A stretch of 64,000 nt of DNA from Bacteroidota bacterium. GTDB taxonomy: Bacteria > Bacteroidota > Ignavibacteria > Ignavibacteriales > SURF-24. Within the stretch, counting starts at the first letter, position 1. Every line of letters starts with the position of its first letter. Shown piece by piece: positions 27,493 to 37,039 of this stretch. The notes below the pieces were generated by a model. That model did not search any database. It saw nothing but the letters and a program-made list of their open reading frames with translations, and was not told the DNA's origin. The translations under genes and the position numbers were made by a program. The stretch spans positions 1,278 to 65,277 of the forward strand of contig JBLMZS010000048.1 of the NCBI GenBank assembly GCA_050258935.1. Direction: 5' to 3'.

Positions 27493-28326
27493 ATGAAGCC
27501 AAATATTTCTTTTATCCCTGCATTACTTCTTTTTACTGCATGCAGTCTATATGCGCAAAACTCGCAGCTGTATAATTATCAGCTTGATGGAAAAGGTGAT
27601 GGTGTAATGAAACTTTCCGGGCAGCTCTACGAGATTTCGGGTCTTGCGGCTGCAAAAGATGACCGGGTATTCGCACATAATGACGAGGAAAGCTATATTT
27701 TTGAACTGGATACAAAAACCGGAAAAATTAAAAAATATTTTTATGCTGGCGACAAACCGGTAAGCGGTGATTTTGAGGATATCGCTTATGTAAACGGAAA
27801 ATTCTTTCTGCTGACGAGCAACGGAACACTGCTTGAATTCAGGGAGGGCGGCAGCAAGCAGGGCAGTTCTGTAAAAAAGATTTCAACAGGTCTGAAAAGC
27901 AGCAATGATATTGAAGGACTGGAATACGATGCCGCCACAAATTCCCTGCTGCTGGCCTGCAAGGGGAAAGCAGGTAAGGGCCTGAAGAATAAAAAAGCCG
28001 TATACTCATTTTCTCTGAAGTCATACAGCTTAAACGAAAAGCCGCGCTTTCTGCTGGATGAAAAGTACATAACCGGGCAGCTGGGGATAAACTCATTCAG
28101 TCCGTCGGCAATTAAAAAGCATCCCGTTTCTGGAAGTTATTTTATACTTTCAGCAAATGACAATGCTATCGTCGAACTGAGTTCTGACGGCAGAATACTG
28201 GCAATGATGAAGCTCTCCAAAAAACTTCACCCTCAGCCCGAGAGCCTCTGCTTCCTGAGCGACAATACACTGCTGATCGGAGATGAATCGGGAATACTGA
28301 CCCGCTACCGTTACAGGAGGAAATAG
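27493..28326 (+). CDS. Exported SdiA-regulated-family (YjiK-like) beta-propeller protein
   Basis: Signal peptide; EISGL, HNDE, GDFEDIA, DIEGL, SPSAI, QPESL, IGDE. Confidence 0.75.
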   Translation: MKPNISFIPALLLFTACSLYAQNSQLYNYQLDGKGDGVMKLSGQLYEISGLAAAKDDRVFAHNDEESYIFELDTKTGKIKKYFYAGDKPVSGDFEDIAYVNGKFFLLTSNGTLLEFREGGSKQGSSVKKISTGLKSSNDIEGLEYDAATNSLLLACKGKAGKGLKNKKAVYSFSLKSYSLNEKPRFLLDEKYITGQLGINSFSPSAIKKHPVSGSYFILSANDNAIVELSSDGRILAMMKLSKKLHPQPESLCFLSDNTLLIGDESGILTRYRYRRK

Positions 28327-28335
28327 ATTCCCCCA

Positions 28336-29580
28336 TTATTTGCTGAACATCAGCTGCAGGGTGTCTATATTTGCAGTGGTCGGGTACATGAGTATTGAAA
28401 CGAAGTATGCAAGCACACTGATGATCATGCCAAACATGAATATGTTATAGCAGACGTTCATGTGCTTGTATTTTCTGCCCAGCACTTTCCCGAGGAAATA
28501 GAAGTCCTTGATCATGCTTCCGTACAGGTAGTCCTTATCGTTCATCATTTCATTCATACCCCATACAAAATCGTCCAGTTCCATATTGAAGAAATTGCCG
28601 AAGAATAAAAGGTTTGCCTTTTTGTTCCGAATATCCTCCTTTGTAAATGTACCGGATGTAATTTTCGGGCGCGTGGACATGGTTGCAAATACTATGGACA
28701 AAAGACTTGTAGTCATCAACAGCAGTGTGGGAATGATCAAATGTGGATTGGCATCCAATTTCCTGACGAGCAGTGTTACCACGACAGATATAATGATGGC
28801 ATTTATACTTATCATTATATGGGCTTTGTTATCGGCCATGGAACTCAGTCGTATATGATTTGTGGAAGTAATCCTGAACATGGTTTCAATGCCGCGCTCC
28901 GGTTTTTCCTGCTTTAGTTTTTTCAGCTTGATTTTTTCGCTGGCAAGGGAACTCTTCTTATCAGTCTGTTCAGCATTTATTCTCCTTTTTTTAAGGCGCC
29001 TGTGCAGCCTGAGATAATTGTCTATCCTCTGGTTTTCAAACTCTTTTATGGCATATCTTGTCCTGAAGGAATATGTACTGATGAACTCCAGGTTCTTCTT
29101 CAGCCATTCCTCGTCAGAGAAAAATTTGTTCTGTGTCTGTTCAAATTCAAGTCTTAGAAGGTCACTGCGGCTGGAGAAACTCTTCCTGCCGACATGACTC
29201 AGATCCGCATCGCATACAATCTCTTCGAGCAGGTTCTGCGGTGACTGCGGCATTTTTGTTGCCAGTATACAGTTCCTTATCAGTGCAATTTTTTCAGGCG
29301 GAAAGAATTCTTTTTTCAGAAATGTCTCGGCAATCTGGGCGCTGATCTCCTCATGGTCTTCAATCTGCTGGAAGAAACCGGCATCGTGAAACCACCCTGC
29401 AAGAGTCACTATTTCAATATCACTGTCAGGCAGCTTCAGGCCTTCAGCAATTTCCTCGCAGGTGTCGGCGACATCCATCAGATGAGTATAGTCGTGATAA
29501 AGATAAGTACCCGGAGGTACCACCTTATATAATTCAAATATGTATTCAGAAGCTTTTTTGATCAGATCACGTTTACCCAT
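28336..29580 (-). CDS. HD-domain phosphohydrolase fused to a Pycsar-effector-like (DUF5706) transmembrane domain
   Basis: YH...H...WFHDAG...HEE...CDADL; C-terminal ERGIETMFR..NH..LS.MADNKA, NLLFFGNF, LG.VL..KY with three hydrophobic segments. Confidence 0.85.
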   Translation of the reverse strand: MGKRDLIKKASEYIFELYKVVPPGTYLYHDYTHLMDVADTCEEIAEGLKLPDSDIEIVTLAGWFHDAGFFQQIEDHEEISAQIAETFLKKEFFPPEKIALIRNCILATKMPQSPQNLLEEIVCDADLSHVGRKSFSSRSDLLRLEFEQTQNKFFSDEEWLKKNLEFISTYSFRTRYAIKEFENQRIDNYLRLHRRLKKRRINAEQTDKKSSLASEKIKLKKLKQEKPERGIETMFRITSTNHIRLSSMADNKAHIMISINAIIISVVVTLLVRKLDANPHLIIPTLLLMTTSLLSIVFATMSTRPKITSGTFTKEDIRNKKANLLFFGNFFNMELDDFVWGMNEMMNDKDYLYGSMIKDFYFLGKVLGRKYKHMNVCYNIFMFGMIISVLAYFVSILMYPTTANIDTLQLMFSK

Positions 29581-29764
29581 AATAAAGATTCCTTCGGGGA
29601 AATATTTCTCGTAAAAATATTCCTTTTTATGTTAATAGTAAACACGGAATATTCTAATGTGGAAGAAATATACAAATATTTTTATTACTTTAGCGTTACT
29701 ATGGTTTATTGGCTTTGCACAGACCACTGCTGGAACTTAATCTGTAAATAACAGGAATCCCTAT

Positions 29765-30799
29765 ATGAATAATAATTCTACCGTCAGATTGTTTTTATCT
29801 GTTTTTGTTTTCCTGCTCACTGCCGCATGTTTTACAGTCGCCGAGGCACAGGAGAAGATCAGCTTCAGCGGTTACGGCGCAACCGGTATAAAAATTTACG
29901 ACAGGAATAAACTGCGTAAGTACAACCAGGAAACTTACTATGAAGGGAAACTGCAGGCTGACATAAAGATTAATAAAGACATCGACGCACAGGTGGATAT
30001 GCGCGGCAGCTCGGAAGACGGCCGTATGATACTGAGAGAATTTTCTGTGAAGTTTGATTATTTCAAGTATATGAAAATCAAGGCTGGAAATCTGAAAAAA
30101 CCGTTCGGACAGGAACAGCTGCTGAATACGGAAGACCTGCCGACAATCGACAGAAGCTACATCAGGAATGTCATCTCGGATTTCGGATACGGCGGAAGAA
30201 GTGTGAGCCTGATGGCGTATTACAACTACAAGGAAAAGAATCCTGAATTTCCGTTTTCTTACTATATTTCTTTCTTCAAGGATAATTCGCTCTTTACAGG
30301 CACTGCTGCCAGACTGGCATACCACAACAGCGGTATCGCTTATGCGTTGAATTATCAGCTCCAGAATAAGGGCGGGGAAGAGAAAATTACTACATACGGG
30401 ATGTCTGCCGATATTTCTCTGGAAAATAACGGATACTATGCATCTCTCGAGGGTATATATGCGCAGGATCCGATTGAAAGCATCCGCCGGAGAAATTATA
30501 TGGGTATTGATAAGAAAGTATTTACTGCCGGATTAAAGGCTACTGTGTCTGCAAACTATGCTGTCGGCGGCAGAATCGTGGAGTCTGTAGAACCGGTTAT
30601 ACTGGGCGGACTGTATATACCCGATTCGGACAAGGACGAATACCGTACGTATGAAGTACTGGCAGGCGTGAATGTTTACCTCGACAAGGATGTGAGGCTG
30701 AGGCTGAACGGTGATGCTCTGTTCACAAAGAATCTTTATGACGACGATTATTCGACAATAGGATCAAAAGTAATTGCTGAAATACAGGTTAAATTTTAA
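29765..30799 (+). CDS. Outer-membrane porin (OprO/OprP-like, tentative)
   Basis: Signal peptide; IKAGNLKKPFGQE..LPTIDRS motif; amphipathic strands; C-terminal QVKF. Confidence 0.6.
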   Translation: MNNNSTVRLFLSVFVFLLTAACFTVAEAQEKISFSGYGATGIKIYDRNKLRKYNQETYYEGKLQADIKINKDIDAQVDMRGSSEDGRMILREFSVKFDYFKYMKIKAGNLKKPFGQEQLLNTEDLPTIDRSYIRNVISDFGYGGRSVSLMAYYNYKEKNPEFPFSYYISFFKDNSLFTGTAARLAYHNSGIAYALNYQLQNKGGEEKITTYGMSADISLENNGYYASLEGIYAQDPIESIRRRNYMGIDKKVFTAGLKATVSANYAVGGRIVESVEPVILGGLYIPDSDKDEYRTYEVLAGVNVYLDKDVRLRLNGDALFTKNLYDDDYSTIGSKVIAEIQVKF

Positions 30800-31986
30800 T
30801 GCAGTTCAGAGTTAATTTGGAATTGAATACTATGTCAGTACGATTGTATAAAAATGCGCTTTGCTTTGCATCCTGCCTGCTCATGGCAGTACTTTTTGCC
30901 TCATGCAGTACATTTACCGAACCGGAATGGGCCTCTGAAATGAATTCCCGCATGCTGATGATGGATCTGCAGGTTGACAGCGACGAATTGCAGATGCTGA
31001 ATGAAAACAGGTTCAGTAACCTGCAGGTGCCCGGAAAACTCTACTATATGAACGGGGAAAACGGAAGCCGGAGGATGGTAAGGACATATCTTGAGGCTCA
31101 GGGTGCGGGATCAAGATATTTTACGAAATGGGGATATACCTTCACACTTGACGGCAATGAAAAAATATTCGGCCTCAACAGGTTTAATCTTAGTATACAG
31201 GCCTACGACAAATCGAAGATTCGTTCAATTGTAACTTCCCGCATATTTGAGAAAGCGGGATTTCACGTGTTCGAGTCGCATCACGCATTCCTGAAGATCA
31301 ACGATAAAACAGAGGGACTCTATCTGCTGACGGAAAGGGTGGAGGAGGATTTCTTCAACAGAAGAAATATAGGCGTTGCCGAACTAATAAAAGTGGTATT
31401 TGGTGCGAAGTTTTCATATGAAAGCAGGAACCATTTGTCCGATAATTTTGAGAAAAAAATCCCGGATGATGACAATTACAACAACCTGGCCGATTTTATT
31501 TCCGTCCTGGATACCGCAAATCCTGCGCACATTATGAGCATTGCAGGCAGATATCTGAACATAAGACAATACTTAACTTACCACGCTGTCTGTTCGATAA
31601 TTAATAACGTTGACGGACTTACTAATAATTTTTATCTTTATAGAAGTGCGGTTGGAAAACCTTATGAGATAATTCCATGGGATTTTGACAAATCATTCTT
31701 CTCCTCTGAACCGATGGGATTGTATGGCGATAGTGACATAATACGGAAACTTTTTGCAGACCAGGAATGTTACAGAATTTATAAAGAGATAGTCAGAGAT
31801 TTATTAGAAACCGTATTCACAGAAGAAAATCTTTTTCCCATTATCGACAGTGCATACGATTCAATCCGGGAAGCGTATTATAAGGATCCATATCTGAGAA
31901 TAAAGGAGAACTCGCTTGAAGATGAAGTCCGTGATCTCAAGCAGTTTATAACCGAAAGACGGCTGCAATTATCAACAATTTTATAG
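30799..31986 (+). CDS. CotH-family kinase, probable lipoprotein
   Basis: LFASC lipobox (alternative start 30832); GLYLLTERV; N.DG..NNFYLY; IPWDFDKSF. Confidence 0.82.
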   Translation: MQFRVNLELNTMSVRLYKNALCFASCLLMAVLFASCSTFTEPEWASEMNSRMLMMDLQVDSDELQMLNENRFSNLQVPGKLYYMNGENGSRRMVRTYLEAQGAGSRYFTKWGYTFTLDGNEKIFGLNRFNLSIQAYDKSKIRSIVTSRIFEKAGFHVFESHHAFLKINDKTEGLYLLTERVEEDFFNRRNIGVAELIKVVFGAKFSYESRNHLSDNFEKKIPDDDNYNNLADFISVLDTANPAHIMSIAGRYLNIRQYLTYHAVCSIINNVDGLTNNFYLYRSAVGKPYEIIPWDFDKSFFSSEPMGLYGDSDIIRKLFADQECYRIYKEIVRDLLETVFTEENLFPIIDSAYDSIREAYYKDPYLRIKENSLEDEVRDLKQFITERRLQLSTIL

Positions 31987-31989
31987 AGT

Positions 31990-32844
31990 ATGGGATATTT
32001 CTTATTTGTATTTCAGTTTTTAGCCCTGGTGTCATTGATATATGCACAGGAAGGCAGAACAGTTACAACTTTCAGGGGAACTCAGGGTCCGCTGAGCGGA
32101 ACCATGTCCCATATACTTAAAGGAGCTTCCAGATCTTTCGAATGGTATGATGTGCCTATTGCCGCGGCGTACGGACTGCGCAGCAGTATCAGGCCTGAAT
32201 ACAATAACCGTCTTATTGTGCGCCCGTTTCACTTTGAGGAGGAGCTGCAGGAACATGTGGGGGTATCCGGCAGATACTCTATCGGCAGCATGGACAAAGA
32301 TCTGATCCCTTATTCGGTTTTCTTTGCCGGCCTGGCTTATACTGCCGGGGCGGATATACTGACCAATGCAAACATAAACGATGAGGATTATCAGCGGCTG
32401 TTCGTGTTCTACAAATCCCTGATTTATACACATACCGCGACTGAGCTTGTAAAAAATTTCACGAGAAAAGACAGGCCTGACGGCACAGACGGGAAAAGCT
32501 TTTTCAGCGGCCATTCATCCACAACATTTGCTGCCGTCTCGTTTATCTACAGGGAAGTCGATGATTTTATAGACAGAGGCACCATATCCCGTAACAGCAG
32601 CACGAAATTCCTGATGAAATCTCTTTCTTTTACTGCACTCTACGGATGGGCTTCATTTGTCGCATACAGCCGGCTCAGGGATAATAAGCACTACCTGATG
32701 GACGTTGCGACAGGCGCGGCTGTGGGCACACTGATAGGAAATATGCTCTATAGCAAATATTTCAGCAGCCCTTCTGACAGTTTTAACTTTTCTATGGGCG
32801 TAAGTGACAATACCCCGCATCTTAACTTCTCGTATTCATTTTAA
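31990..32844 (+). CDS. PAP2-family phosphatase
   Basis: K.....RPD, SFFSGHSS and SRLRDNKHYLMDV (C1-C3 motifs). Confidence 0.85.
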   Translation: MGYFLFVFQFLALVSLIYAQEGRTVTTFRGTQGPLSGTMSHILKGASRSFEWYDVPIAAAYGLRSSIRPEYNNRLIVRPFHFEEELQEHVGVSGRYSIGSMDKDLIPYSVFFAGLAYTAGADILTNANINDEDYQRLFVFYKSLIYTHTATELVKNFTRKDRPDGTDGKSFFSGHSSTTFAAVSFIYREVDDFIDRGTISRNSSTKFLMKSLSFTALYGWASFVAYSRLRDNKHYLMDVATGAAVGTLIGNMLYSKYFSSPSDSFNFSMGVSDNTPHLNFSYSF

Positions 32845-32949
32845 CCGGTACAAAATATCCGAGAAACACCAGAAAACAATTGCAAACCCGGTAAATAATT
32901 TTTATTTTGCCTCTCGATAATTCCATTTCAAAAAACAATATGGTAAGTC

Positions 32950-33891
32950 ATGGACAAAATAAAACCTCCCAAACTCAATAAGGGTGACCTTATTGGCATA
33001 ATATCTCCGGCTTCGTGTCCCGATGATGTCACCAGGATAGAGAAGGGCGCTTCATACCTCGAAAAACTGGGCTACAGGGTTGTCATTGGCGAAAATGCCA
33101 GAAAGAACTACGGATACCTCGCCGGCGAAGACAATCTGAGACTCGATGACCTGCACAACATGTTCGGGAACAAGGAGGTTAAGGCAATTTTCTGTACCAG
33201 GGGCGGATATGGTACACCAAGACTACTCGACCGCGTAGACTATAACCTCATAAAAAAGAATCCTAAAATATTTGTGGGCTACAGCGATATTACTGCTCTG
33301 CAGATGGCAATACTGAGGAAAACAGGACTTATCAGCTTTGCTGGTCCCATGGTTGCCGTGGATTTCTGGAATGAGGTCAACCCGTATACAGAAGAAATGT
33401 TCTGGGCAATGATTACTTCAGATAAAAAATACGGCCGTGTAAATAACCCCGGAAACGAAAAAATCGACCTGCTAAAGGGGGGACAAACCGAAGGTGAAGT
33501 AATTGGCGGAAATCTGGCGCTTCTGACGTCTGTTATCGGAACCCCGTATTCTCCTGATTTTAAGGACAGGGTGCTGCTCATCGAAGATATCGGCGAACCG
33601 CCATACCGGATCGACCGAATGCTAAATCAGCTGAAACTCTCTGGAGTATTCAAAAGTATTAACGGCATAATTCTGGGCTGTTTTACAGACTGCGTCGAAC
33701 CCGATCCGTATTCCAAAACACTGTCTCTCAACGAAGTGATCGACGGATATCTCGGCGGGCTGGATATGCCGGTTATGTACAACTACAAACACGGACACGT
33801 AAAGGAAAATATCACCGTCCCGTACGGCATTACTCATTTTATCGATGCGGATAAGGGAATAGTTGAAATTACAGAAAGTGCTGTCGTCTGA
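32950..33891 (+). CDS. ldcA: LD-carboxypeptidase (peptidase S66)
   Basis: RGGYG, GYSDIT, GGNL, EDIGE, C-terminal GH. Confidence 0.9.
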   Translation: MDKIKPPKLNKGDLIGIISPASCPDDVTRIEKGASYLEKLGYRVVIGENARKNYGYLAGEDNLRLDDLHNMFGNKEVKAIFCTRGGYGTPRLLDRVDYNLIKKNPKIFVGYSDITALQMAILRKTGLISFAGPMVAVDFWNEVNPYTEEMFWAMITSDKKYGRVNNPGNEKIDLLKGGQTEGEVIGGNLALLTSVIGTPYSPDFKDRVLLIEDIGEPPYRIDRMLNQLKLSGVFKSINGIILGCFTDCVEPDPYSKTLSLNEVIDGYLGGLDMPVMYNYKHGHVKENITVPYGITHFIDADKGIVEITESAVV

Positions 33892-33957
33892 CACAACTGG
33901 TAAAAACTGCGTTGACTGAAATAAACGGATATTTAAAGATTATTTAATGAAATATTC

Positions 33958-33986
33958 TTGACTGAATAGTATTTAAATTCTAATTT
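33958..33986 (+). promoter_or_regulatory. Sigma-70-like promoter upstream of the T9SS surface protein
   Basis: TTGACT-N17-TAATTT; a second TTGACTGAA copy lies at 33912. Confidence 0.5.
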
Positions 33987-34063
33987 AGTACAAGGTAAAT
34001 TGTATTCTAGTATTATGTCTAATATAATTGTTTGATTTCTATTTTAATTATTCCGGAGGTGAA

Positions 34064-36247
34064 ATGAAAAGATTCCTTACAGTGTTACTTATGGTTATAT
34101 CAGTGAGCGGTCTTTCCCAGGCCCAGTATAAAACAGTTTGGGAAAAATCCAAAGCGGCGGGAAGCCTTCCCACCTATATGGGTACTGCAAATACCGAGCG
34201 CGGTTTTGCGTATGGAAACGGTCATGTATATCTTGTTTCCAGAAAATCAGGCAACAATATCGTTATAATTGATGCTGCTAAAGGCGACAGTCTTGGTACA
34301 TTGAAAGTTCCTTCTTCAGTTGTTACGGGTGGAACACTTGCAATTAACGATGCTGAAGTGTCAGAAGACGGAGTAATTTTTGCAGCAAATCTGAGTACAG
34401 GTACCGGAGCTGATACACTTTTTAAGGTATACAAATGGACTTCCGAGAGTGCAGATCCTGTAAAAGTTGCTGAATATAAGACAAAAGGAACTCCTGCTAT
34501 TCGCCTCGGAGATAAGTTTACTGTAACCGGTAAGGCTTCAGATAATACTCTTGCTATCTGGGCGGTACAGGCCAGCGGTACAAAAGTTATAAAGTTTGCT
34601 ACTGCCGACAACGGCAATACTTTTACCACAAGTGAAATCACGCTGGCTTCTGCAGCAGGCGGCAGCGCTTCAATCGCTCCTATTGGTGACGGATCAACAG
34701 GTTTTTATATCAATGGCGGCGGCGTAAATGCAGTTCAGTATGATGCTGCTGGTGCTTTAGTTGGTACAATCAGCGGAACACTTGTTGCCACTGGCAGCAA
34801 CGCTATCAGGTATTTCGAAAGCGCTGCAAGAAAATATATCGTTACTTATAATTTCGGCGCAGGTAACGAAAACCTGAGGGTCGTTGATGTTACTGACGGT
34901 GCAAAAAATGCAACCAGAGTATACCCGACCAAATCAATTGGCACCAATGCAAATGCAAATGGAACGGGTGATGTTGCAATAAAGAGAAACGGAACAACAG
35001 TTGATCTTTTCATACTCTCTACAAACAATGGTATGGCTGCTTATAAGTTCTATGCTCCTCTTACACTTTCAGAACTGAAGGTTGATGCTGATAAGAACTT
35101 CGTTCCGGATCTTAAAGTAACCGGCGATACAGTATACGTAAAGGGCGTTGTATTTACTCCCAATATCGGAAGTGCTACAAGATCTTCATACTATATGGCT
35201 GACGGTACAGGCGGAGTCAATTTCTACTCTACACTGAAAAACTTCAACTTTGATAAAGGCGACAGCGTTTCAGTTATCGGTAAGCTGGATCATTATAATG
35301 GTCTTGCTGAGATAGTTCCTATCGATACAAGCTCTGTAGTTGTTATCAAGAAAGGTGCTGTAGAACCCGCAGCAGCTGAAGTTACTCTTGCTGACATAAA
35401 AGCTAACGGCGAAGCCTTTGAAAGTGCACTCTATACAGTGAAAAACCTCAACAAGGTTTCAGGAACATGGCCTACTGCCGGAAATTATGCAACTTTGAAA
35501 GTTTCTGACGGTAAAGATACTCTGGATCTCTATATCAATAAGTATACAGACCTCAGCCAGAATACCGAACCGGTATGGCCGCAGGATGTAACCGGTATGG
35601 TTACCCAGTTCATCAAGACTGCACCTTACAATTCAGGTTATCAGATCTATCCGAGAACATATGCTGATTTCAAAGCAGCTGTTGTTCCTGTTGAACTTAC
35701 TTCATTTGCAGCTTCAGTAAAAGGCAGCTCAGTCAGCCTGAAATGGCAGACAGCAACTGAAATCAACAACTCCGGTTTCGAAATCTACAGAGATGGAGTT
35801 AAGATCAGATTCATAAAAGGTGCCGGTACTTCAACTGAAAAGAGATCTTACAGCTATTCAGATGAAAACCTTGCAAACGGTAACTACAGCTATAAACTCG
35901 TTCAGGTAGATCTGGATGGTACCAAGACTACCGTTGGTACAACAGAAGCAGCTGTAAGCAGCCTGCCTGCTGAATTTGCTCTGTCACAGAACTATCCTAA
36001 CCCGTTCAATCCTTCAACAGTTATTAAATTTGCTCTTCCCGGCGATGCAAAGGTAAGCCTCAAGGTATTCAACCTTCTTGGCGAAGAAGTAGCAAACATA
36101 CTGAATAAGGATATGGCTGCAGGAAATCATGAAGTACGTTTCAATGCTTCAAACCTGAACAGCGGTATTTACTTCTACACCATAGAAGCAAAATCGGGTA
36201 ACGGTCAGAACTTCAGAAATACAAAGAAGATGGTACTTGTTAAGTAA
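34064..36247 (+). CDS. T9SS type A CTD surface protein (DUF4623-like N-domain, OB-like domains)
   Basis: GGAGG then ATG 34064; signal peptide; NTERGFAY..VSR; VPVELTSF; LSQNYPNPFNPST...SGIYFY...KKMVLVK. Confidence 0.8.
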   Translation: MKRFLTVLLMVISVSGLSQAQYKTVWEKSKAAGSLPTYMGTANTERGFAYGNGHVYLVSRKSGNNIVIIDAAKGDSLGTLKVPSSVVTGGTLAINDAEVSEDGVIFAANLSTGTGADTLFKVYKWTSESADPVKVAEYKTKGTPAIRLGDKFTVTGKASDNTLAIWAVQASGTKVIKFATADNGNTFTTSEITLASAAGGSASIAPIGDGSTGFYINGGGVNAVQYDAAGALVGTISGTLVATGSNAIRYFESAARKYIVTYNFGAGNENLRVVDVTDGAKNATRVYPTKSIGTNANANGTGDVAIKRNGTTVDLFILSTNNGMAAYKFYAPLTLSELKVDADKNFVPDLKVTGDTVYVKGVVFTPNIGSATRSSYYMADGTGGVNFYSTLKNFNFDKGDSVSVIGKLDHYNGLAEIVPIDTSSVVVIKKGAVEPAAAEVTLADIKANGEAFESALYTVKNLNKVSGTWPTAGNYATLKVSDGKDTLDLYINKYTDLSQNTEPVWPQDVTGMVTQFIKTAPYNSGYQIYPRTYADFKAAVVPVELTSFAASVKGSSVSLKWQTATEINNSGFEIYRDGVKIRFIKGAGTSTEKRSYSYSDENLANGNYSYKLVQVDLDGTKTTVGTTEAAVSSLPAEFALSQNYPNPFNPSTVIKFALPGDAKVSLKVFNLLGEEVANILNKDMAAGNHEVRFNASNLNSGIYFYTIEAKSGNGQNFRNTKKMVLVK

Positions 36248-36270
36248 TTATCTCCTTTGATGAATGTTAT

Positions 36271-36308
36271 AAAAGGCTCCTGCTGAATCTAAGCGGGAGC
36301 CTTTTTTT
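36271..36308 (+). terminator. Rho-independent terminator
   Basis: AAAAGGCTCCTGCT..AGCGGGAGCC stem followed by a T7 tract. Confidence 0.85.
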
Positions 36309-36391
36309 ATAAAGACCAGGACTCAGATAAGTTCTTAAAATGGTTGAGATCAGCAGTGTGCAGCGGCTATTATGTATCTCATTCATAATTC

Positions 36392-36424
36392 CCCGCCTCC
36401 GGCGGGATCCCGCCAAAGGCGGGA
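36392..36424. repeat. GC-rich double hairpin (REP-like)
   Basis: CCCGCC-TCC-GGCGGG followed by TCCCGCC-AAA-GGCGGGA in an AT-rich intergenic region. Confidence 0.55.
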
Positions 36425-36484
36425 CATATTTCAAAATGAGTATGGCTCATTAGCGTTGTTAATAGTAAAAATGGGGACGATTCA

Positions 36485-36997
36485 ATGAACTCAGTAAGAA
36501 TTATATTTTTTTTCTTAATATTATCGTCAGTATTGTTTTCTCAGGATTCGAAGAAGGTATACAAGACCAATTTTGGTTTTACATTTGGCAGAGGTTTTTC
36601 TTTTCTTGACCCGCCTAAGGGGATCAATGTAACTTCAATTGAATTTTTTCTGAGACCAGGGCTAAGAAACTGTACCAGCAGTCGCTGGGCATCTCAATGG
36701 GGTGCTTCATTTATTCAGGCCCAATCTGAAGAAAATATAGAAGATTCATACGAGAAGGAAAAAAAAGATATTGTATTTTTCGGACTATCCTATCTATACG
36801 GTAAGTATTTCTATATTGCGGATAGTCAAGGGCTGTATGCCTATGGTGGAGCGGGATTTGGTGCAATACTAAGCCAATCTCTTAGTCTTCCAATGATTCT
36901 GCCACAAATTGGATTAAGCTATAGGAATAGCATTATACTGTTGGATCTCAAGTGTACTCTGGGGACTGCAGGCTTATCTGCTGGTCTTATATTTTAA
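36485..36997 (+). CDS. Hypothetical small outer-membrane beta-barrel-like protein
   Basis: Signal peptide; Y.GGAGFG strand; C-terminal AGLIF. Confidence 0.55.
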   Translation: MNSVRIIFFFLILSSVLFSQDSKKVYKTNFGFTFGRGFSFLDPPKGINVTSIEFFLRPGLRNCTSSRWASQWGASFIQAQSEENIEDSYEKEKKDIVFFGLSYLYGKYFYIADSQGLYAYGGAGFGAILSQSLSLPMILPQIGLSYRNSIILLDLKCTLGTAGLSAGLIF

Positions 36998-37039
36998 AGA
37001 CAGTCTGTTGCGGATGAGGATAAAATTGCCAAGTATAAA

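Noticed and set aside
28336-29580. Complete Pycsar or CBASS defence system
   Set aside because: No cyclase or nucleotidyltransferase gene is adjacent; reported only as an orphan effector fusion.
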